Part shown: piece by piece, positions 30,246-37,442 of the stretch
How positions within the stretch are numbered: position 1 is the stretch's first letter
Layout: every line of letters begins with the position of its first letter
Source: an uncultured Actinomycetes bacterium
GTDB taxonomy: Bacteria; Actinomycetota; Thermoleophilia; Gaiellales; Gaiellaceae
DNA: 40,000 nt
Assembly: GCA_963765455.1 (NCBI GenBank)
Contig: CAVXWH010000002.1
Span: forward strand, 430,893 to 470,892
Reading direction: 5' to 3'
The notes under the pieces: generated by a model
Seen by the model: only the letters and a program-made list of their open reading frames with translations
Database searches by the model: none
What the model was told of the DNA's origin: nothing
Translations under genes and position numbers: made by a program

Positions 30246-32984
30246 TCAGGCGAGCAGCTCGAGGCGTTCGCCGCCCGACAGCTCCAGCTGGCCGTCGGCG
30301 TCGACCTCGTGTGTCAGAACCCGTTCGGCGCAGCGCGCGCAGCGCGGGCAGAACTGCTTGCCGGCGCCGGAGCCGAGTTGCTCGAGCGCTTCCTCGACCG
30401 GGCGCTGGGCCTGGTAGATGCGCGTCGTGAGCATCGAGTCGAGCGCGTCGGCGACATGGATGATGCGAGCGCCCAGCGGAATATCCTCGCCGGCGAGACC
30501 GTCCGGGTAGCCGCTGCCGTCCCAGCGCTCGTGGTGGTGGCGGATCGCCGGCACGGCGTCGGCAAGAAAGCCCAGCCGCTCGATGATGCGGGCGCCCTCG
30601 TCGGCGTGCTTACGCATCACTCCCCACTCCTCGAGGCTCAGGCGGGCGGGCTTGAGCAGAATCGCGTCCGGGACGGCCAGCTTGCCGATGTCGTGGAAGA
30701 GGGCCGCATGCCCGAGCAGGTCGAGCTCGGGCTCCGAAAGCTTGAGCTCGCGACCGATCGCAAGTGCCAGCTTCTGAACGCGGCGCGAATGCCCGGCGGT
30801 GTAGGAGTCGCGGGCATCGACCGTGGCCGACAGGCTCTCCATCGCCGCCGTCGAGCGGTCGCGCAGGAGCTTGTTGGCCTCGGCCAGAGAAACGTTCTGC
30901 TCCTTGATCGTCTCGGCGGCCTTGCGTAGCTTGCGTGCGCTGCCCTGCGTGTGGTCGAGGTAGGCCTCCTGAGTGCGCCGGATGAGCACCAGCGGAAGCG
31001 CGAAGACAAGCAGTGCGTAGGCGTGAATCGAGTCGTAGCCGATGACCATTGCCGCCGCCACCGCGCCGTAGACGAGGTAGTGGCCGGTCATCCAGGAGAA
31101 GCGATCACGCCAGAGCGCCCACCACTTCTGCTCTGACTCGAGCGCCAGCGCCAGCGCGAGCAGGCCGGTGTTGAGAATGAAGTAGGCACCGGCAGCTGCG
31201 AGCGCCGCGGGAATCACCTCGATCTCGTGCGAGCCCAGCGGCAGCAATACGACGAGCCTGAAAGCGCCGACCGCCCCGAGCGTCGAGAGAGTGAGAGCGC
31301 CGACATTGAAGAGCGGCTGGTGCAGGGGCGAGCGGCGAGCGCCCCAGTCGACGAGCGCCGCCACTAACGCCGCCGCAAACGCGATACGGACGCCGAAGAG
31401 AGAGGCTCCGGCGATCGCACCCACAGCTGTGACAGAGATCGATGAATCTTCGGTCTCGATCGCCATCACCTGCCCGATCGCAATCAGGGCAACGAGAGCG
31501 CACATACCGAGGAAGTCATGGTTCGAGCCCAAGACAGTGCCGGCGACGCCGGCGCCGACGCCGGCCAGCGTGAGCGCGGCGACCAGCCACATCAGCCGGC
31601 GCGGAATCTCCAAGATACTCAGCCACTCGCGTGCCTGCATACGCCGGCGCTCCTTGCGAGGTCTGATCTCCGCCACAGCAGGCAGCGGCGTCATGTGCTC
31701 ACCGTCCTCCGGGATCACGAGTGCGGCGGCGTTCGCCGGCTCCAACAGCAGGCCGAGCTCGGCCGAGGCGGCGACGATGCGATTCCGGCCCTGGAGCTTG
31801 GCGCGATATACGGCGAGGTCGGCATGGTGGATGAGATCGGTCTCGGTCATTCCGTCGGCAGGGAAGGAAGCCACTCCGATCGACACTGTCGCCCTTATCG
31901 GTTGGGGCACCGTCTCGACGTGGAAAAGGCGAGCCGCCACCTCGCGCCGGATTCGCTCGGCGACCTCGAGTGCCTCGTCGAGCGGCGTGTCCGGTAGGAG
32001 CACGCTGTACTCCTCTCCTCCGAAACGGGCCGGCACGTCGTCGACACGGAGGTGGGCCCGGAAGACCTCGGCCACGCCCCTGATCACTCCGTCTCCGGCC
32101 AGGTGACCGTAGGTGTTGTTGACCTCGCGCAGTAGATCGAGGTCGACCATCATCAAAGCCAAGGGTCGGTGCCGGCGACGTGCTCGTTCCAGCACCTCGG
32201 CGAAGACAGCCCCGAAATAGCGGGCGTTGTACAGGCCGGTCTTAGGATCGACTCTCACCTCGGCCTCCAGCGCAGGCACTGCCAGCGAGCGCTGGATCAA
32301 CGTCAGCGGCACCAGCGCGAAGGGAACAAGCACGGGGTTGTAGTGCCAGAAGGCAGCGACGGCGATCCCGACCGAGACCAGGACGAGGTCGGGCGCGTAG
32401 TTGATCGGAGAGAAGACGCCGAGCTCACGGAAGGAGTGGCCTCGAGCCAGATGCACGATCTCGTCCAACAGCAGGTGATTGACGATGACAAAGATCACGC
32501 TCGCAGCGACGGCTGCGAGCGCGTCGTGCGCGCGGCCCGAGAGAAGTCCCGTCTCGGGCAGATAGCGGTAGACGGCGCTCGCCGCGAGTATCGCGAGCAT
32601 CGAGTCGCAGGTGTTGAAGATCTGGATGTACCAGGGCCGGCGCTCCTTGAGCCAATCGGGGATGAACTGCGCAACGGCGACCAGGACGGCCAGCTGGGGA
32701 GGCAGAAGGAGCACCGCGGCGACAACGAAGACGATGTCGATCGCGTAGCCCTCGTTCTTGGGCGTAACGACCACGAGCAGGTGCGCTACGCCGGCACAAA
32801 CCGCAAGCACGGCGAAGGTCGCCCAGGGCTCGTGGCGGCTCGAGCCGAGGCGGGTCAGAAGTGGCGCCAGGGCGACCACGGTACCGCTCAGAACGAGAAA
32901 GAAAAAGACAGCAGCGCGTGGTGGTAACCACGCGCGCTGCGCCTGCCCATCTGCCGCGGAGCTGCGGCCGTTCATACGATTCAT
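30246..32984 (-). CDS. Polytopic membrane protein with GGDEF (diguanylate cyclase) and HD-GYP (c-di-GMP phosphodiesterase) domains
   Basis: The GGDEF domain carries an RxxD I-site and a GGEEY active-site variant (LRVDDVPARFGGEEYSVLL). A second block of TM helices follows. The HD-GYP domain reads HSRRV...LFHDIGK...HHERWDGSGYP. Confidence 0.88.
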   Translation of the reverse strand: MNRMNGRSSAADGQAQRAWLPPRAAVFFFLVLSGTVVALAPLLTRLGSSRHEPWATFAVLAVCAGVAHLLVVVTPKNEGYAIDIVFVVAAVLLLPPQLAVLVAVAQFIPDWLKERRPWYIQIFNTCDSMLAILAASAVYRYLPETGLLSGRAHDALAAVAASVIFVIVNHLLLDEIVHLARGHSFRELGVFSPINYAPDLVLVSVGIAVAAFWHYNPVLVPFALVPLTLIQRSLAVPALEAEVRVDPKTGLYNARYFGAVFAEVLERARRRHRPLALMMVDLDLLREVNNTYGHLAGDGVIRGVAEVFRAHLRVDDVPARFGGEEYSVLLPDTPLDEALEVAERIRREVAARLFHVETVPQPIRATVSIGVASFPADGMTETDLIHHADLAVYRAKLQGRNRIVAASAELGLLLEPANAAALVIPEDGEHMTPLPAVAEIRPRKERRRMQAREWLSILEIPRRLMWLVAALTLAGVGAGVAGTVLGSNHDFLGMCALVALIAIGQVMAIETEDSSISVTAVGAIAGASLFGVRIAFAAALVAALVDWGARRSPLHQPLFNVGALTLSTLGAVGAFRLVVLLPLGSHEIEVIPAALAAAGAYFILNTGLLALALALESEQKWWALWRDRFSWMTGHYLVYGAVAAAMVIGYDSIHAYALLVFALPLVLIRRTQEAYLDHTQGSARKLRKAAETIKEQNVSLAEANKLLRDRSTAAMESLSATVDARDSYTAGHSRRVQKLALAIGRELKLSEPELDLLGHAALFHDIGKLAVPDAILLKPARLSLEEWGVMRKHADEGARIIERLGFLADAVPAIRHHHERWDGSGYPDGLAGEDIPLGARIIHVADALDSMLTTRIYQAQRPVEEALEQLGSGAGKQFCPRCARCAERVLTHEVDADGQLELSGGERLELLA

Positions 32985-33024
32985 CGTCGTCGGCTAGTAG
33001 CTAATCCTTTAGGACTGCTTCTGA

Positions 33025-34836
33025 CTACGGCGCCGGGGCGAGATACGGATCGAGCAGCAGGGCTGCGTAATCGGATTTCGTAAGCAGGTACCCGGGCAAG
33101 CTCGCCGTGTCTCCCTCCGCCGCCGTCTCGTTTTGAAGATCAGTCTGGGCTTGTGCGACCCAGGCGGCATCGGTGGTCGAGGCCGAAGTCCACCACTTCA
33201 CCTCCCCGGCTACAGATGTCCACCACTTCGTCTCCTGCGAGACCGATGTCCACCACTTCGTCTCCCAGGCCACGGATGTCCACCACTTCGTCTCCTGCGA
33301 GGCCGACGTCCACCACTTCGTCTCCCAGCTCGACGCATCCCAGTTCGGATTGCTCGCGATCGCGCTCTCCCACGAGGCAGCGTCGAAGTCGGGGATGGTG
33401 CTGACGTTCCAGTTGTAGACGAGGTAGTTCTCGAGCGCCGCGTTCGGGTTGGGCAGGGTGCCACCCAGCAGGCTCGCCGACCGTCCGGTGTTGAGCTCGC
33501 CCACGCCGAGCGAGCCCGGCGTCGCGGCGGGTGTCTGCTCCGCGCCCAGCATGAGCGCTCCCTTGACCTGATCGGGCGTCAACTCGGGATGAAGCGCCAA
33601 TAGTTGGGCGGCCGCCCCGGCTACCACGGGCGCCGCGAACGATGTGCCGGAGAGCTCCAGATATCCAGGGCTGAAGACGTTGTTCGGGAACTCGCCGAGC
33701 AGCGTCGAGCCGCTCGGCACGGCGCCGATCATGTAGCGGCCGGAGGCGCCGATATCGGGCTTGGCGAAACCGTCGAGCGTGTAGCCCCAGGTCGACCAAG
33801 GGGCGGCGATGTCGTCGGAGCGATTGAGCGTGCCCTTGTTGTCGAGCGCGCCGACCGTGATCACGAACGGGTCGTTACCGGGCGCGTAGCGCACCGAGGT
33901 CGGCTGGCCGTCGACACCGTAGTTGCCGGCCGCGGTCACGACGACTACGCCCGAGAGCCAGAGCTTCTCGACCGCCTTGTCGAGCGGATCGTTGACGAAG
34001 TGGCTCGGCGTCGTCGATTGCAGAGAGAAGTTGGCGACCTTGATGTTGTACTGCCAGTGGTGATCGACGATCCACTGGGCGGCGGCGATCACATCACTCG
34101 TCGTCGCCATGCCCTGGTCGTTGATCACGTCCAGCGAGATCAGCTTGCCGTTCGGCGCGGCACCGACGTGGCTGCTCCCGACGCCGGCGAGAATCGAGCT
34201 CACGAAGGTTCCGTGGCCGTCTCCGTCGCCCGGCGAATTGGGCGCCAGGGTGCACAGGTTCACCTGCGGGATGAGCAGACGGTTCGCCAGATCCGGAACG
34301 CTCGTATTGACGCCCGAGTCGACCACGGCGATGGTCGGCGTGGGCGGAGCCGGGTTCCACTGGTAAGTCCAGAGATGCGCGATCCCGCTCAGGTAAGGCC
34401 AGAGTTGGACGTTGGAGTAGTTGTCGAAGGCGGTCTGCTGGAGCGTGGAGTCGGGGCTCACGGTGAGTCCGGGCGTATTCGCCAGCGTCGACATTCGCGC
34501 CGCCGGCAGGGTCGCAGCGATCCCGCCGACGAGCGGAAGTTGTGTGCGCAGGGTGCCGGCCCCATAGCCGTCCTTGACGGCGCTCGCCTTGTTGAAGGCT
34601 GCGGTGGCGTCGGAGACGCCCTTGCTGCTCAGGATGATGATCTGTTCGCTCTGCGCGGGATTCGACTGCGCGGCGGCGAGCAGGGTCGGGTCGATGACGC
34701 TGTTCGCTGCGCCCGCACTACCTATCCAGACAAGTGCGGCGAGACAGACGGCGAGCAGGCTTGCCGTCTTCCGGAGGTACTTACACAGAAGCGGCACGAA
34801 AAAAGGTGTGCGTCCTTTATCGCCGTAGGTCGACAC
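33025..34836 (-). CDS. Secreted subtilisin-like (S8) serine peptidase with a C-terminal Trp-rich tandem repeat
   Basis: Catalytic Asp (IAVVDSGV), His (GHGTFVSS) and Ser (SGTSFAAPVVAGAAA). Signal peptide LLAVCLAALVWIGSAGA. The start is placed at GTG 34836, 7 nt after GAGGAG; the track start at 35001 is less likely. Confidence 0.88.
   Translation of the reverse strand: MSTYGDKGRTPFFVPLLCKYLRKTASLLAVCLAALVWIGSAGAANSVIDPTLLAAAQSNPAQSEQIIILSSKGVSDATAAFNKASAVKDGYGAGTLRTQLPLVGGIAATLPAARMSTLANTPGLTVSPDSTLQQTAFDNYSNVQLWPYLSGIAHLWTYQWNPAPPTPTIAVVDSGVNTSVPDLANRLLIPQVNLCTLAPNSPGDGDGHGTFVSSILAGVGSSHVGAAPNGKLISLDVINDQGMATTSDVIAAAQWIVDHHWQYNIKVANFSLQSTTPSHFVNDPLDKAVEKLWLSGVVVVTAAGNYGVDGQPTSVRYAPGNDPFVITVGALDNKGTLNRSDDIAAPWSTWGYTLDGFAKPDIGASGRYMIGAVPSGSTLLGEFPNNVFSPGYLELSGTSFAAPVVAGAAAQLLALHPELTPDQVKGALMLGAEQTPAATPGSLGVGELNTGRSASLLGGTLPNPNAALENYLVYNWNVSTIPDFDAASWESAIASNPNWDASSWETKWWTSASQETKWWTSVAWETKWWTSVSQETKWWTSVAGEVKWWTSASTTDAAWVAQAQTDLQNETAAEGDTASLPGYLLTKSDYAALLLDPYLAPAP
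33181..33330. repeat. Five in-frame 30-nt tandem repeats inside the S8 peptidase gene (encoding xxETKWWTSx)
   Basis: GTCCACCACTTC recurs at 33188, 33218, 33248, 33278 and 33308, exactly 30 nt apart. Two sub-types alternate, giving a 60-nt super-period. Confidence 0.9.
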
Positions 34837-35132
34837 GGTTGTGCTCCTCTCAATAACTCGATCGCAGCGAGGGCGGAGTCTGGGGGACTTCCACTCGCTA
34901 CGACTTCTGCCTCGAAGGTACACCCGTGAAAACGCTTCCATGCTCACCCAGTAGAGGGAGAGTCGCGCCCCGCGGGGGGAAATCGGAGCCCTATTGCTCA
35001 AATCGGGGGATTTAGGTGGCAGCTATCCGCGGTAGGAGATCATGTGACTGAGGCGTCAACCGGGGATACAGTGGCCGCAGACCTGCGCAGGCGCACTCGG
35101 CCAGTCGCTCGTAGAGCGAGTTCTGCGGTCGC

Positions 35133-35188
35133 GATCGGCCGCACGCGAGAGATTCGGCGGCAGCGAAGGTCGAGGAGCGGCAGTGAGC
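35133..35188 (+). repeat. Copy 1 of a 56-nt near-identical direct repeat
   Basis: GATCGGCCGCACGCGAGAGATTCGGCGGCAGCGAAGGTCGAGGAGCGGCAGTGAGC recurs at 35334-35389 with 2 differences, at a spacing of 201 nt. Confidence 0.85.
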
Positions 35189-35333
35189 CTGCCGGGCATA
35201 GGCCCCTCGGGCCTCGGAGCCAGGCATCCGCGACGCAGTTCAATCCGTGTGCGACCTGAACCGCGACGGCTCGACGGCGCTACCTCCCAGCGCGCTCGGC
35301 CCGTTCCTCCATAAGGGTAGAGCGTCCAATCTC

Positions 35334-35389
35334 GATCGGCCGCGCGCGAGAGATTCGGCGGCAGCGAAGGTCGAGGAGCGGCAGTAAGC
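35334..35389 (+). repeat. Copy 2 of the 56-nt direct repeat, just upstream of the tRNA-Arg(TCG)-like gene
   Basis: 54/56 identical to 35133-35188. Confidence 0.85.
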
Positions 35390-35415
35390 GCTCGCTCGGG
35401 CATACTCCCCCTCGG

Positions 35416-35488
35416 CGCCCCGTAGCTCAGTGCGATAGAGCGACGGACTTCGAATCCGTGTGCGGAGGTTCAATTCCTCCGGGGCCGT
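35416..35488 (+). tRNA. tRNA-Arg(TCG)-like gene; possibly a pseudogene
   Basis: Clean D arm (TA GCTC AGTGCGATA GAGC), anticodon arm (ACGGA CTTCGAA TCCGT, anticodon TCG) and T arm (GGAGG TTCAATT CCTCC). As I fold it, the acceptor stem (CGCCCCG / GGGGCCG) has two mismatches. No CCA is encoded. Confidence 0.6.
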
Positions 35489-35593
35489 GCGGCATTGTGG
35501 GGCTCGCCGGTGGTCGAATGTTCGGTTCCCCGTACTTACGAGGTGTCTCTCGCCGGCCATAATCGAGCCGACCATTCGGAAAAAGGAGAAAGC

Positions 35594-36250
35594 ATGGAAG
35601 CGTCAGCTCGCCCCGCGTACCCCGCTCGCCTGGAGGGTGAGCTTTCGCCCGAGCTCAGCCGCTGGTTGTGGCTCGTCAAATGGCTGCTCCTGATCCCGCA
35701 CTTCGTCGTGCTCCTGTTTCTCTGGATCGCCTTCGTCGTGCTGAGCGCCGTCGCCTTCTTCGCGATCCTCTTCACGGGGCGCTATCCGCGCGGGATCTTC
35801 GACTTCAACGTCGGCGTCCTGCGCTGGACCTGGCGAGTCGGCTTCTACGGCTATTCCGCTCTCGGAACCGATCGCTACCCGCCCTTCACGCTCAAGCCCG
35901 TCCCCGACTACCCGGCAACGCTCGAGATCGACTATCCGGAGCGCCTCTCGCGTGGGCTGGTGCTGGTCAAGTGGTGGCTGCTGGCCATTCCCCAGTACCT
36001 GATCATCGCCTTCTTCCAAGGCGGCGCCGGAATGCGCTTCTGCGGCGGTCTGATCGGCTTGCTCGTCTTGATCTCGGCCGTCGTCCTGCTCTTCCGTAAC
36101 CGCTATCCGCGCGAGATCTTCGACTTCGTGATGGGCATGAACCGCTGGGTCGTTCGCGTCGCCGCCTACGCCTCGCTGATGCGTGACGAGTATCCGCCCT
36201 TCCGCCTCGACAACGGCCCGAAAGAGCCCGCCAGTCCTGCAACTGCCTGA
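35594..36250 (+). CDS. DUF4389-like integral membrane protein
   Basis: Repeated pattern [18 protein letters not shown]...[20 protein letters not shown] and again [12 protein letters not shown]...[20 protein letters not shown]. The start is set at ATG 35594 behind AAGGAG, because the track start at 35495 would abut the tRNA. Confidence 0.75.
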   Translation: MEASARPAYPARLEGELSPELSRWLWLVKWLLLIPHFVVLLFLWIAFVVLSAVAFFAILFTGRYPRGIFDFNVGVLRWTWRVGFYGYSALGTDRYPPFTLKPVPDYPATLEIDYPERLSRGLVLVKWWLLAIPQYLIIAFFQGGAGMRFCGGLIGLLVLISAVVLLFRNRYPREIFDFVMGMNRWVVRVAAYASLMRDEYPPFRLDNGPKEPASPATA

Positions 36251-36551
36251 TCGAGCCGGCCGCCGCGCCCGACATCGCGGGCGCGGCACACCAAACGCCG
36301 TCCCAACTCAACACGGACTCTGCTCACACCCGCGGTTAGTCCGCAACGCTTCTCGGAGCAGGCGAGTCAAAGCGCCGCAGGAGCAGCGACTCGCACGAGG
36401 GTCCGCCGACGAAAGCCTTCGCCCGCTCCGCGGGCGGACTTTCGTCTGGAGTTGCACCTAACCGGACAGCTTTACAACCTCCCGAAGCCGATCAGGAGAT
36501 TGCTCTACTCAGCCTGGCAGCCTGCATGTACGCGAGCGCCGGCGACAGTCA

Positions 36552-36573
36552 TGTAGTGGAGCCAGGCGGGTTC
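36552..36573 (-). pseudogene. Isolated 3'-terminal fragment of a tRNA-Ala/tmRNA-type gene (T-loop to discriminator only)
   Basis: The minus strand reads GTTCGAACCCGCCTGGCTCCA, which is T-loop, T-stem 3' strand, acceptor 3' strand TGGCTCC and discriminator A. The nucleotides 5' of it (TATTA) cannot form the T-stem, and no matching 5' half (GGAGCCA or GGGGCCA) is nearby. Confidence 0.55.
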
Positions 36574-36589
36574 GAACTAATACGCCTGC

Positions 36590-36740
36590 TCGCTTCCTCG
36601 GGGCGCCGCTGAGCGTGCTTCGCCGAAGGGGATAGTGTCGACTCACACAGACCCGTAGAGCGAAGTGCGCTCAGCGGCGTCAGGCGGATCCGGGAGGCCA
36701 GTCGCGCCTGGCCGTACGGATCCGCCGGCCGAGGAAGCGA
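36590..36740 (-). repeat. tRNA-trailing structured element, copy A (151 nt), immediately 3' of tRNA-Leu
   Basis: Closing helix TCGCTTCCTCGG/CCGAGGAAGCGA. Nested hairpin GGCGGATCCG..GGCCAG-GCGCGA-CTGGCC..CGGATCCGCC. Long hairpin CGCCGCTGAGCGCACTTCG...CGAAGCACGCTCAGCGGCG. Homologous to 38614-38763. Confidence 0.7.
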
Positions 36741-36743
36741 GAA

Positions 36744-36828
36744 TGCGGGCGAGAGGACTCGAACCTCCACAGGCACTTGGCCCAACGGGACCTAAACCCG
36801 TCGCGTCTACCAGTTCCGCCACGCCCGC
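36744..36828 (-). tRNA. tRNA-Leu (anticodon TAG)
   Basis: The reverse complement folds as GCGGGCG TG GCG GAACTGGTAGA CGC G ACGGG TTTAGGT CCCGT [16-nt variable arm] GGAGG TTCGAGT CCTCT CGCCCGC A. It is 85 nt, class II, with no encoded CCA. Confidence 0.92.
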
Positions 36829-37253
36829 TGGCTCTCGAAGGATAGACCGAGGCACTCGAGAGCGAGTGTCTGGCCTGTTCATTGCCTCTTGCCGAGCGAC
36901 TACGAGCGTGCTGCGACCGGCCCACCGTCACCTCTGGCTGCGGCGGAAGGGGGAGCAACCGCCGCAGCCAGAACGAGAAGGCACCGAACGCTAGTCCGCT
37001 CTCGGGACCGTGCAATCGCACTGGTCGAGATGCCGTCGCCCGGCGTAGAAGCCGCCGGGGAGCCGCCCGGATAGGCCGAGACGAGCTCGAGGGGAGTTGG
37101 CGGAACGACGGGATGGCGACGGCATTTCTACTTGGAGTAGAGCGATTAGGCCGGTGCATCTCAGACCATGCCCGATTATTGTCAAAACGCAATCACCCGC
37201 GCGAGTATTTCGCGCCGGGGACGGCTTCGGTTCGTCATTCCGAAGCGAGCTCG

Positions 37254-37290
37254 AGCCGCGGGTCGGGGGTTCGAATCCCTCCAGGCGCGC
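37254..37290 (+). pseudogene. Exact 37-nt duplicate of the 3' half of tRNA-Arg(TCT)
   Basis: AGCCGCGGGTCGGGGGTTCGAATCCCTCCAGGCGCGC is identical to 37407-37443. The sequence upstream of it lacks a D arm. Confidence 0.85.
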
Positions 37291-37370
37291 GGCTCAGGTA
37301 TTCAACTCTGTAGCTCACGCACGAACGCCGGCGAGGTGCCCGGGCAATAGACGCGTTACGCTTGAGGCAC

Positions 37371-37442
37371 GCGCCTGTAGCTCAGCGGAAGAGCGGCGGC
37401 CTTCTAAGCCGCGGGTCGGGGGTTCGAATCCCTCCAGGCGCG
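37371..37442 (+). tRNA. tRNA-Arg (anticodon TCT)
   Basis: Folds as GCGCCTG TA GCTC AGCGGAA GAGC G GCGGC CTTCTAA GCCGC GGGTC GGGGG TTCGAAT CCCTC CAGGCGC G. It is 72 nt with no encoded CCA. Confidence 0.92.

Noticed and set aside
33181-33330. Regular 30-nt repeats considered as a possible CRISPR array, given the Cas1 in the window.
   Set aside because: The repeats are contiguous with no spacers. They are in frame inside the S8 protease gene and lie 11 kb from the Cas1. I found no repeat-spacer array anywhere in the 40 kb.
36401-36446. Nested or alternative hairpins (GACGAAAG...CTTTCGTC enclosing CGCCCGC-TCC-GCGGGCG, with the competing pairing GTCCGCC/GGCGGAC) downstream of the DUF4389 gene, considered as a terminator or attenuator.
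   Set aside because: There is no U-run on either strand, no downstream gene to regulate and no second copy for comparison. It cannot be distinguished from the fortuitous GC-rich palindromes common in this DNA.
36829-37291. A possible tmRNA (ssrA) or RNase P RNA in the gene-free stretch. Hints were GCTAGTCCG... resembling post-tag tmRNA sequence, GGGGACGGCTTCGGTTCGTC resembling a tmRNA 5' end, and a tRNA-like 3' end at 37255-37291.
   Set aside because: The 3' acceptor strand (CAGGCGC) lacks the G3:U70 alanine identity pair and is simply a copy of tRNA-Arg(TCT). No plausible tag reading frame ends in a typical ...LAA stop. None of the RNase P P4 signatures (GAGGAAAGUCC / ACAGAAnCCGGCUUA) is present on either strand.
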